Assembly (NCBI RefSeq): GCF_000400465.1
Contig: NW_008806276.1
Span: forward strand, 240,001 to 302,000
Reading direction: 5' to 3'
Source of the DNA: Wallemia ichthyophaga EXF-994
Lineage: Eukaryota > Fungi > Basidiomycota
Length of the DNA: 62,000 nucleotides
Position 1 is the first letter of the stretch. Each line of letters starts with the position of its first letter. Of this stretch, positions 38,673 through 52,454 are shown in pieces. The notes beneath the pieces were generated by a model. That model saw nothing but the letters and a program-made list of their open reading frames with translations, did no database searches and was not told where the DNA came from. Made by a program: the position numbers and the translations under genes.

Positions 38673-40243
38673 TTAACTCTTCTGTATCCTGAATCCACAC
38701 ATCTGCCACGATCCAAGCTTGTCTTCCGCAGACTCACACTCCAACTTCCTCTCGTTCGACCATGTCTTAGCTCCGACAAGCTTCCTCCCACCTGGACAAA
38801 ACTCGGCTTCGTTTCCGTCCTCCCAACCAAAAATCACCTCGAGGAATTTATCCACCGATGCTCTTCTGTTGAGATCCATCGACCACTCTTTAACTTGGGT
38901 ATCGAATTTATCCTTGCTCGACCAGGGGGAGTGTGGTTGGGAGTGAATGTGGGTATTGACTTTTCCATTTTCACTCCCGACAACCTTGCTGGTAAACTCA
39001 TCCCACAGCCAGTCAGCGCTTTCGGACACCATCGTCGACAGCGACTGGAGTATCATTCTGAAACGGTAATCACGTTCATACGGCGACAGCGACTCGATAG
39101 CCCGCGTAACTGTCTTGATAAAGTGTTCAGCATGTGGCTTTTTCATCCAGGGCTCCAGCCTCGCATCCCGCATATCCATCTTACGTTCTGGGGTGAAAGA
39201 GCGAGCTGGAAAGCTACCTCTGATAACAGGAGACTGTACAATGTTCTAGTAGACGATACCAAGACAGCGTCAGATTTGTTAAACACAACAAAATACATAA
39301 CACCCACCTTGCCGTCATACAGGACAATCGCAGAGGCTATGATAGACAGCGGGGAGCTGTTGATGGTGTGTGCGGTGAGGACCTGTAACGCGTTAGAATC
39401 GGGTGCTTTCAAGTTAACCGTCTCTACCTCCTCATACACCTGCTCGAGATCCGTGTGCGAGTGCTTCTTCTGCCGCTGAGCTCTCTGTGCCATCTCGGGG
39501 TTCGAGAGGGGGATAGGAACCTGTCCCGCGGCGAATTGGTACGTGCGCTCATAGATTTCCAGATGGCCATCGCGTCTCAGCACTCTAAAAGCTTCGTCGA
39601 GGACATGGTAGAACTGCACCTCCGGTATACCTAGTGCGACGAAACGCATATTGACGAAATCGAATGACATATCCTCAAAAGGCCATTTATCGAGGAAGTT
39701 TGCAATTAGCCAGTTAACGCGATGGGGGAGGCTATCGTCCTGGCTCAGGTAAGCCGGATTTGGCTGTATCGGAGCGAGATCCATGCCCCAGAATTCTGCG
39801 TGTTTCCACGTCTGCGACATTTCCAGGCACCAAGTACCAGTCCCGCAGCCGATATCGAGAACGCGGAATGGCTGTGCGTTGTGTGTGTGCGCGCTATGTA
39901 CCGGAAACCTCATTATATTCGAACCTTCTCTGTAGCTCTTCAGTGTACTGTGCCACATTTGATCCATTTCAATCGCCTGTAACGTGTAGCTCGTCGGCCA
40001 CGGTGCACGGTCTCCCCAGTTATGGTATGGCCTGTGTCCACGTACGCGTACCAGCTCACTCGGCGCATACGCAGACACCCAATGTCCATCATCCAGCTGC
40101 TGCGATATAAACTTGCTTCGTAGCGGCGCTCGCACACTGCCTTCTCGCATTTCCGTCGGTACTACTCCTGCTGGTGGTGTTCTCACTACGCGCTTGTCAG
40201 CTGCTTCCCCTCCTCTCCCGCATCGCCCTACTTTGCGTGTCAC
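38673..40243 (-). CDS. Class I SAM-dependent methyltransferase-like protein of unknown function, spliced
   Basis: VLDIGCGTGTWC, FWGMDLAPIQP, NFLDKWPFEDMSFDFVNMRF, EAFRVLRRDGHLEI; exon junctions in the 3' half and the start codon are uncertain. Confidence 0.75.
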
Positions 40244-40347
40244 CCGGCCAATCTTAAGTTGAACGAGCGTATGACGTCAATGTCAATGTCACAAGATGAA
40301 ATTTATTTATTTTACAAACAACCGCAGCGCGACGTGACGCGAAGAAT

Positions 40348-43228
<2,881 letters not shown>

Positions 43229-43288
43229 GATAGTTACGATAAGCGTTGCGTTGTGACTTTGAACTGATTACGCAATTAAGAATATAAA

Positions 43289-44581
43289 ATGGTTCTCAGA
43301 AGAGCACCAGAATTAGATGATGGCTCGTGTAGGCTCCTTGGTCTGTTATATTCCTTATATTCGGCACCTTATCTAATCGTTGTCGTCGCACAGGCCCAGT
43401 CGCTTTGGGCGTACAGGCGTTGATGGGCTTAATCGTGATAGGTGCACTCGTATTCAAGCGTTACAGGGAATCTATCAGGCGTCCGTGGAAAGTTTGGTGG
43501 GTTACTCGTACTAGCGGTCGTAGAATACTCCTCACGCTGGCCACAGGCTCTGCGACGTTTCCAAGCAGATTATCGGACAAGGTTGGCGTTTTCATGCTTA
43601 AAATATCACTACTAAATACCCACAGCCTTCGTACACGCTTTCAACCTACTCGTTTCTGATCTATTCGCTGTTCATGGCGGTAGAAATCCATGCAGTGGCT
43701 ACTTTCTTAATATCTCTATAGACACTACTGTTGGCGTACTCATCATTTATGGCCTTATGAAGCTATTCCACTGGATCCTCGTCACAAAGCTCAACAAGCA
43801 GCGCTTCCATTCCGGTCACTATGGTTCTCCGCCTTCTATTCTCTGTGCGTTTCTTATCGAAGCTGGAAATCCTCACTGACTTCCTCAAGCCTGGCTACTC
43901 CAACTATCAGTCTACGTACTCATCCTCACCCTCATGAAGCTCCTCGTCGTAGCTTCGTTGGCCCTTTTCCCCTTCATTTTCAGCGTTTCCGACTTCCTCC
44001 TCGATGAAATGGGTCCAAATGCTCAAGTTATCATTTCAATGTGTGTCTGGCCACTTATTATGAACGTTATGCAGGTATGTCTATTCAATCACCCGCTCAA
44101 ACACGCTAATTCGCTAATTTTCACCGATTCTTACCAGTTCTGGCTCATTGACTCCCTAATTAAATCGAAAACAACCCCTCAAGACAACGGATTCAGAGCG
44201 CAGACTTCCCTTGATGATTTCGACGTCGGTGATGACGACGATGATGACGACACTGAACATCAACGCTTCCTCACAAAACCAAATCCAGACGACGAAGAAG
44301 AGGTAGGTGATGAAGGTGAAGGTGATGATTCGCGGAGCATGGAGGAAGGGAGACGGCGTGATGATGGCGGGGATGATAAGGATGGCGGAGGTAGGAGTAA
44401 TAGTGTTTATCCACTCACGTCAACAGACGGCGCAAACAACAGCAGCACCTCTGAATATAAATCGGCGTCCTCTAACAAAAGATACAGTAGTCAAGAACAC
44501 ATTCCCCTCAATCATCTCTCGTTTCACTCCACTTTCCGACAAAGAATCATCACGCATAAGTTAAATCAAGTTGTATTTTAA
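43289..44581 (+). CDS. Multi-pass membrane protein, DUF3661/STIMATE-like (vacuolar membrane), multi-intron
   Basis: CRLLG..ALGVQALMG...KRYRE..RRPWKVW..DVSKQ, NPCSGYFLNI.IDTTVG, QVIISM.VWPLIMNVMQFWLIDSLIK, acidic tail. Confidence 0.7.
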
Positions 44582-44609
44582 TGATGCATAATACAAATAA
44601 TCATTACAA

Positions 44610-45800
44610 TCACTTTTTAGCCTGTCCTAAACCGGAAGCGTGTGACGTGGCTACTTGGATAGTGCGTGCCATTGTTGAACGTACCTTTCCATCTTCAAGG
44701 GCGAGAAGACCAGCGATAGTACAACCACCAGGTGCTGGATAGGGTTAAATGGGAAGAGGAAGAGATACAGCGACTTACTTGTGACGCTATCCTTGAGTGC
44801 AGCTGGATGAACGCCTGTCTCCAACACCATCCTTGCGATTCCTTGCATGGCTAGAAGTGTTTAGTGGGCTTGATTAGGATATCAAGTAACTCACACTGCG
44901 CAGCTAGCTCTACAGCTTCAGCCCTTGGCAATCCCATCATAACACCACCATCTGCCATTGCTTCTAAGACTGTCACAGCAAATGCCGGACCAGAGCCACA
45001 AAGAGCAGTGCACGCGTCAAAGTGCTTCTCTTCAAGGAATCTGCAACGTCCAATTGAGCGGAAAATAGCTAAAATGAGTTCCTTTTCGAATACCCAGTCG
45101 GTAGGGAGTGCTGAAACAACTGTCATACCTTCGCGTATCTACCGAGTGTGAGAGAAATGTAGTAAACGCATAAGATAACCACCTTGCATGGAGTATTTGG
45201 CATTGCCCTCACGACCTTTGTAGACTTTGGGACCCAAGAGTGAATCTGAGTGATAGTGACACCAGCCAAAATCGAAATGAGAAGCTTATTAGCGAGGGCT
45301 TCTTGCATTCCAGGTTCATTGAGAATCGTGTGAGCCATTTGAGGTTTGGCGCTGATTTAAACTTTAGTCTAATATCACAATCGAGCGCGTATCGTAACTA
45401 ACCATAGCAATACCACGTCAGAATCGCGTACAGCATCGACATTAACACCGCCGCCTTGTAAGATATTTACTTGTTTGCCTGCGTCTCCCAAAAGGTCAAA
45501 AGTCTTGCGCAGAGATTTGGCACTTTCACTCCTGTTGACAGTACAGAGGAATTTCGAAGGCAAGCAAGACTCTTTAGCTTCCATGATAGCTTGTGAAGAG
45601 GAAATGTCAATTGGGGTAGAAGTACCAGACGCGTCGTCGGTATTGAGCTGGGAAGTAGACATTGAGTTGCGAGTGTTGAGACCGTCGATCACGCCGGAGA
45701 GTACGGCGACACCCATAGTACCACAGCCTTTGAAAACGAGTTAGAATCGTTTGCTAGGATTACGCTAGCAGCCACCTAATACACAGAGACGATAACCCAT
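44610..45800 (-). CDS. PRO3: Pyrroline-5-carboxylate reductase, multi-intron
   Basis: CVLGCGTMG, LISILAGVT, VRAMPNTP, TALCGSGPAF, LEAMADGGVMMGLPR, HPAALKDSVT. Confidence 0.93.
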
Positions 45801-45878
45801 AATTTGAAAGAGAAGGTTGAGAGCAACGAGTGAAATGGGGAAAATGCTTCTTAATTCATTACCACCATCATCTACCAA

Positions 45879-48280
45879 ATGTACACACTCAAACCACTCC
45901 CCGCAGAGACTTGGATTCTTATAGCGAATCACCTAGACTTTAATAGCCTTAAGAGCTTTGCACTTACAAATAAACATTTCCACTCTCTATTCACCACAAT
46001 AGAACTGCAATACAAGTACTGGCTTGAAATTTACAACCAATCAGATCGCATCACAGACACCCCAGACGCTATCAAACAGAGGCTTGATAAGGTCCAGAAT
46101 CTTCAAGGCAACTTTAACTGTCTAAACGCACAACAGCACCATGTTCTTATACGCGATCACAAATCAGCACTCCAGGCAAGATTAGATCCTAATAACATTC
46201 CTTATCGCAAAAAACACAGCCATTCTAGCCTAAGAGTGCTTAGAGACGGCTATTTCCTTGTTTCTTCAAGGGACAGCCAATTTGAGCTCTACAAGTTACC
46301 ACAGTCGAATGGCGAATCCTCTCAACACTCCATCGACAACGTTCATCCACTCTATCCCTCCATTGTTAAATTCGATACTGGCGGCACGCAAAAACAGATT
46401 CAAGACTTTGATTTGGATGTCGAGAATGACCTCATCGTGTGTTGCATACAGGAATTTCAAACAGATAACACGATGCTGCAGTTCTACTTCCGTTTCTTCA
46501 GTCTTTCCAAGGCTTTGAATGAGCAGGAAGCAGTTCAGCATCCTATAGCTTCAGCACCCTTCACTCACAACATACTACGCGCGTCAGTCGCAGCGCCTTT
46601 CCAGATGCAGCTCAATGGTCCCCATCTGGCTGTGCAATTTAATGAAAGAGATGGCAAATCTGTCGTCAGCGTATGGAATTGGACTAGACAGATGGCTTTG
46701 GAGGCTGTCTACTACGACAAATTAAACCTCTGTGAAGCTGCTGCTTTTCTTACATCTGATATCTTAGCACTTGCAATTGTATTGGAAAATACTGGTAATC
46801 CTATCATTCAATGTGTTCAGCTTGATTCTAAGCAGCAAAAACAAGCTGAGCAGAGGTACAGCTATGGTTTACCGGATATTCCATCTGGGCAAGTTGATGC
46901 TGTTGGTTTTAAGATACTCAGTGACTTTCATCTCGTCAGTAGCCATTCAAATGCCTTGCACTCACTAAACCATCCTCTCAGTTTGACGATCTAAGCGGAA
47001 GTAAGAAACACGTTCCATTCGTCTTCGCGGAGCCTGTCGTATCTCACACGACCGATGCATCGCTCAGAAACAGAGGCTCGATTCAACCAACTGAAGAGTC
47101 AGGGTGTCTGTGCATCGAAGTGGCCTCATCGGACTATCTGTCAGACGACATATATCCAGCAACTTTCATCATCCAGAAGAAAGAAATGCTCGAGAATATG
47201 ATAGAAAGGGACGTTTCACAGATCGACAACACGCGTCGTCACGGCGAGAGTCGTTCGAAAGGTTCATTTGATGCTTATTTCTTGGCACATGTTACTAGGG
47301 TGATCAGCGAACCTAAGTCTGTTTACCCAATGTATGGCACACGTTTCTGTAACGTACCCAAGATCAACATGATTGAGTTGATCGATTTCAATCCTCGTCT
47401 TAGGCAGAGTAAGCCACCTACACTCACCGCAGATAGAAAAGCACTGGTAGGTGGGCGTCAAAGGAGAATGGACAGATACGTTCAGAAACATCAACGAGGC
47501 ACTCTCATTGCACCTCACACAGGCGATCATGAGGCTATGGTTAACCATATTGCTACCAGGATAAGAGATTTTACTGCTAACAACGACCTTCCAAATCATG
47601 AGAATGCGCTCGAGGGAATAGAAGCTATAATAGATGAAGAGAACAGGAGATACTTACAGCACATAGACGACAATGTTGACGACGAGGATGAAATTGACGA
47701 TGACTTAGACGATGAGGAGATTGAGGATGAGGATGAGGATGAGGTAGATGAAGAAGAGGGCGCCTTGATTGGAAATGGTAGGACAATGTCTGAGCCTCCT
47801 CCCGAGGATGACGGAGAGGAAGACGAAGCCGACGACCATGAAGGCGAGATAGGCGGACAAGATGAGATAAACGTCATGCAAGAGATTGACATGAGTGATG
47901 TGAGTGATGAAGAAGAGCGTAATATGGAGCACATTCCACCTGGTGAATCCGTCCAACGGTCTCTGCATGAAACAGACGGGTATCCTGAAAGACAAGCGTT
48001 GGTGAAAGGATCACAGCAGTCAATAGATGTTCTAACGAACCAAGCAATATACACCCAGGAAGATGAAGATAATGAGAAGAGAGAGATTGAATTCAAGCTA
48101 CCATACAGAACTATCCTTAGCTTTACAGATCTTGGCGTCGAAAGTGCAATGATAGACAAAGAGTGCATCGTGCTTGAGGTGGGAGCGAGGTACTTTATCC
48201 AAATACACACTAACACTAAATTAGACATGTCACGAAGTTTTCCATATACTAACATTTTGATTCACACATATAATCGATAA
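45879..48280 (+). CDS. F-box protein with a long acidic tract (single gene; intron 46935-46981)
   Basis: N-terminal LKPLPAETWILIANHLDFNSLKSFALTNKHFH is F-box-like; a GTCAGT..CAG intron joins the two ORFs in frame; D/E-rich segment about 47670-47920. Confidence 0.7.
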
Positions 48281-48415
48281 TTACCTTTATTACACCACTT
48301 AAAGTACATACGAATAAGATATTTAAATGTTTCATGATTGGAAAAGCGCAACTAGTTATACACTATTACTAAGAACCTAATAAACAGAAAATGATCTATG
48401 CAGAAAGTGGTGCGG

Positions 48416-50122
48416 TCAGACGTGCTTGGAGGTAGACTGATACTTATATTGCAAGCTCTCTGCCTCGCGGTCTAACCACTCTTGACCATGCCACAGGCCC
48501 TCACCTTTGAGATCATTATCAGATCTGAACTCATCCCAGACCATTTTCAATATGCGGCCTCTATACCATTCTTCGTAGACGAAAGTTGCAGCAGACGACT
48601 GTTGAAGAGCATGATCTTTTTCATCGTCAGATAAGATGTTCCAATTTGGAGGTGGCTGCTCAGTATATCCAGATACAGTGGATAAATCTATGAAAGTGGG
48701 ATAGATGTCTTTGATAAAGTACTCATATGACCTCTTGTTATGTGGTCTTGAGGGGAAATCCGCAGTGAGATCGTCTCCAAAAGTATTTTCAATATTTCTG
48801 TAATGTTCAGGCGTGAGCGTCTCCCTGAAAACGATGATTGAATGACCGAGCGTCACCAAAGTTCTACCACCATCAAAAGCGAATCTCTTAAACATGTTGT
48901 CGCCTCCTAAGAATTTTGCGACGCGTAATATAATCTTGATGGATGTCCAATCCTCCGACATGTATTTAGGGAAGTAAGTAGGAATGATGTCAGACCAACC
49001 TTTGATTAAATGATGGATAGAAATAAATGGTAAACCGGATTGGAAGAAGCCCTCGGCATTCCCATGTATATCAAATTCTGTATTTTGTGAGAGGAGTGTG
49101 GATGGGATAATAGAATTCAACTTACGATGCAAACCTTTCTCATGGGAAACAAGATGATTCATGTCTTTACCGGTAACGAAAGCGGCACACCCGGACACCT
49201 TGCCATCGCCACCAAAGACGTCTCTAGAATTTTCTGCGCAATTATCGTACTGGCTATGGATTTTTCTTGCAATAGGGTTACTGAGGAAGATACCGGCACC
49301 ACCAAAAGCCTGTAAACCGAAGTCATGTGCTTGGCGAGGGGATTCACTGGCACCGCCCAAGATCCAATCTTGTCTTTGATCGTACTTTGACAGCATACGC
49401 TGAACTAATCTAATATCGATAAAAGTGGTGTCATCATCGCTAACGACGACCCAATCGACGGTGGGAGCGAATTGGAGGGCTTCACCGGGTAAAGAAAGCA
49501 TACGATCTTCGTAGATGTCTATCTTGGAAGATCTAACAGAGCAATTTAAGCCCCTTGTATTGCGTAAGAAGGATTCGAGGGAGGATTGTTGAGGGGCGTC
49601 GTGAGGAGCGAGAAGAACGAGACATTTAGAGTCGCTTTTGATAAAGTGAGACCAAAGTTGAGAGTAATCGCGTGCTCTACTTGGGGTCGTAGTCATTGCA
49701 AAGATAATCTGATTTAATTGAGGAGCATTCGCCGGAAGCGAGGGAAGGCGAGGGTATACGTCAATATCGTTAACAGGGATAGACGGGAGAGCTTTAGTGA
49801 GGATGTTCTTGTTATTTGGTGGTTGTATAATCGGAGTTTTAATACCAGGTGGTGTAAGAAGAGCGTCATTGTAGAAGGGCAATGGCTTCAATTGGCTCGT
49901 TTCTTCTTTCCAAGGGGAAAAATGGGGCGATAGGATACCCATTCGTACTCTGTATATCGAAGGTGGCAGCCCTGCTGTCTGTATATGATGATTTATAGTC
50001 AAATAGCCAATCACGCTAACTATGATCACAGTAATCAGCAACCTCAATCTGCGCATTTTAGTTACGCCGACGAATTTATTTCGAGTGTTTAAAGTTGCTG
50101 GCGATGGAAGACTGATTTCCAT
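48416..50122 (-). CDS. GT31 (Fringe-like/DUF604) glycosyltransferase, paralog A; intron 49078-49125
   Basis: Type II TM anchor, IIFAMTT, VVSDDDTTF, QAFGGAGIFLS, GGDG, SIHH. Confidence 0.85.
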   Translation of the reverse strand: MEISLPSPATLNTRNKFVGVTKMRRLRLLITVIIVSVIGYLTINHHIQTAGLPPSIYRVRMGILSPHFSPWKEETSQLKPLPFYNDALLTPPGIKTPIIQPPNNKNILTKALPSIPVNDIDVYPRLPSLPANAPQLNQIIFAMTTTPSRARDYSQLWSHFIKSDSKCLVLLAPHDAPQQSSLESFLRNTRGLNCSVRSSKIDIYEDRMLSLPGEALQFAPTVDWVVVSDDDTTFIDIRLVQRMLSKYDQRQDWILGGASESPRQAHDFGLQAFGGAGIFLSNPIARKIHSQYDNCAENSRDVFGGDGKVSGCAAFVTGKDMNHLVSHEKGLHRKLNSIIPSTLLSQNTEFDIHGNAEGFFQSGLPFISIHHLIKGWSDIIPTYFPKYMSEDWTSIKIILRVAKFLGGDNMFKRFAFDGGRTLVTLGHSIIVFRETLTPEHYRNIENTFGDDLTADFPSRPHNKRSYEYFIKDIYPTFIDLSTVSGYTEQPPPNWNILSDDEKDHALQQSSAATFVYEEWYRGRILKMVWDEFRSDNDLKGEGLWHGQEWLDREAESLQYKYQSTSKHV

Positions 50123-50470
50123 TCACTTCCTGGTTGTTGGATGTTGCGGTTAACGGTGGAGTAGATGGATAAGCTAGTTTTGTTTAAAATTTCAAGCAAA
50201 TCGGGTGCAATTGAGAGATAAAGATCAGTCTTAGGGATAATTCACAGTTGGCTACGCAATCATTACATCTGTGTGACTGACTCTTTACGGACTAGATGCG
50301 GACGCGTTGTGCAGTTGGAAAGAAAGAACAATTAAATACATAAACAACATTTACACATGTAATTTAATCATTGATTCTTTTGAAACTTTGTTCCGTTTTC
50401 GATATCCGCAGCCGCTGAGTTCAGTTGCTGCGACCGATAACTCGAAACATCTTCCATCCCAACGACAATA

Positions 50471-51985
50471 ATGAGCAAATTGGGCAAATTAAGCCTGCCA
50501 ATCCCAGTCACTGCAGCAGCCGCTGCCGCCGCCGCTTACAGCTCTCCCGCAAAAGCAAAGAAATTGGCACTTGGCTTGGTTGCTATGATTACAATCGCTG
50601 TTGTTTGCTTCTGGCCTGAGCCATCGAAATACGTTGTTCCACACGGCGTTTGGAGAGTTAGACAGGCACTCCTTATTCCCGAAGTCGTCCCTTGGGAGCA
50701 CGAGACCACTCAAATGACGCCGGTACCTACGTATGATGATCCCCTTCTCAGTCTCGGGGGTATTCGTAGACCATACCTCAACAACACTTTTCCCCCTACT
50801 CCGAACCACACTATTCCCATTTACCCACGCGTTCCAGAGTTGTCCGACTCCGCTCCTAAACCTGAAAATATTCTCTTCGCAATGACCACAACCGCTAAAA
50901 GGGCTAGAGAATACTCCACCCTCTGGCGTCACTTCATGTCTCCTGGTGCGCGCTGCCTCGTTATCCTCCCTCCCTCCGATCAAGATAGAGTTGAAGAACT
51001 ACAAGTCTTCTTGGAGAGAGTTAGGAAATTGCACTGTATCGTTCAAGTTAGCGAAATTGATCATTATGAAACTCGTATGCTCTCTGTTCCCATGGAGGCA
51101 AACAAAATTGCTAAAAGAGTAGGCGGTATTCACTGGCTTTGCATTGGCGACGATGATACCTTTTTCACCGATTTAAGGCTAGTGCAGAGAATGCTCAGCA
51201 AGTACAATCCTGCTGATGATCATTTCATTGGTGATATCTCTGAGGGTGCCGATCAAAGACAAATTTTTGGCAGACAAGCTTTCGGTGGTGCTGGCTTATT
51301 TATTACCAACCCCGTAATGCAGAAGATGGGCAATAAATTCCAAGACTGCGTTCGAGAAGCTAACATATATTGGGGTGGCGACGGCAAACTCACGAAATGT
51401 GCAGCTTACGTTTTAGGTATCCCTTTTGAGGAAGTGCTCACAATTGAGCCTGGTTTGCATCAATTCGATGTACTTGGATCGGGTGCCGGTTATCTACAGT
51501 CAGGATTACCCTTCATCTCTATGCACCACTTTATTAACGGCTGGACACATCTTATACCACACCACCTCCCGAATAGAATATCAGACGATTGGTTCGCTAC
51601 TAGATTGCTAATGAGAGCTGCAGAGTTCCTTGGAGGTGATAATCTCTTTAGAAGAATCATGTTCGATGGTGGTAAGACACTGCTCTGCCTTGGACACTCT
51701 ATCATTCAATATGAACACGCTCAATCACCATCTGACCTCACACAAATCGAATACACACTAGGACCAATTGGTTTCAGATTCATTGAGCAACTCCCAGTGA
51801 GACCCGAACCCCCAAAGACCAAGGAATACTTTATCTCAGATATCCGCATAGAGACACCCGAAAGGGCAATATTCTGGTTCGAAGATAAAGATGGAGAAAG
51901 ATTGCGCCTCGTATGGGATGGCGAGAACGGCTCAGTTGATTTACCAGCGAAACAGCAACCTAAGAGCAAATGGATAGGTTGGTGA
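50471..51985 (+). CDS. GT31 (Fringe-like/DUF604) glycosyltransferase, paralog B; intronless
   Basis: Type II TM anchor, ILFAMTT, IGDDDTFF, QAFGGAGLFI, GGDG, SMHH. Confidence 0.85.
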   Translation: MSKLGKLSLPIPVTAAAAAAAAYSSPAKAKKLALGLVAMITIAVVCFWPEPSKYVVPHGVWRVRQALLIPEVVPWEHETTQMTPVPTYDDPLLSLGGIRRPYLNNTFPPTPNHTIPIYPRVPELSDSAPKPENILFAMTTTAKRAREYSTLWRHFMSPGARCLVILPPSDQDRVEELQVFLERVRKLHCIVQVSEIDHYETRMLSVPMEANKIAKRVGGIHWLCIGDDDTFFTDLRLVQRMLSKYNPADDHFIGDISEGADQRQIFGRQAFGGAGLFITNPVMQKMGNKFQDCVREANIYWGGDGKLTKCAAYVLGIPFEEVLTIEPGLHQFDVLGSGAGYLQSGLPFISMHHFINGWTHLIPHHLPNRISDDWFATRLLMRAAEFLGGDNLFRRIMFDGGKTLLCLGHSIIQYEHAQSPSDLTQIEYTLGPIGFRFIEQLPVRPEPPKTKEYFISDIRIETPERAIFWFEDKDGERLRLVWDGENGSVDLPAKQQPKSKWIGW

Positions 51986-52454
51986 AGAACATTTTTCATT
52001 CTCAGGCTCAGGACTATTATACTTATAAATTGTACTTTTAAGAAATCCAATCTTGATATATCAGATATTGCAAGGCAAGAAATGAAGGATAAAGGGAGTG
52101 AAGATGCCGATGATTCAATTAAGGTTACAGGTCCAGCCGTGGAGAGACGGAGAAGCTAAAATTTAAACTGAGTAGTATATGAGGTTTAAAAAACCTTTTT
52201 AAAATGAAAGAGTAACGCATTGATTCGTTACAGGAACGCAAGATGCTGCAGTGCACGAACAAATATCAAGTACACGGCCAGGATAAAAGCGTAGAGGGAT
52301 AGAACGCGTGTGGATGTATAAAGCATAAAAGAGGGAATAAGATAAACTCAAAATATATTTTCATTTTCATTTTCATTTTACGCACTAGTGAATTGCCTGC
52401 GTTCGAGCTTCAAGCTTCTTCACGTAACGTTTTTGGGAGGACAGCGCTGGCAGC

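Noticed and set aside
52080-52160. 25-aa ORF MKDKGSEDADDSIKVTGPAVERRRS between GT31-B and CHS
   Set aside because: Too short, no motif or splice support; probably UTR or promoter sequence.
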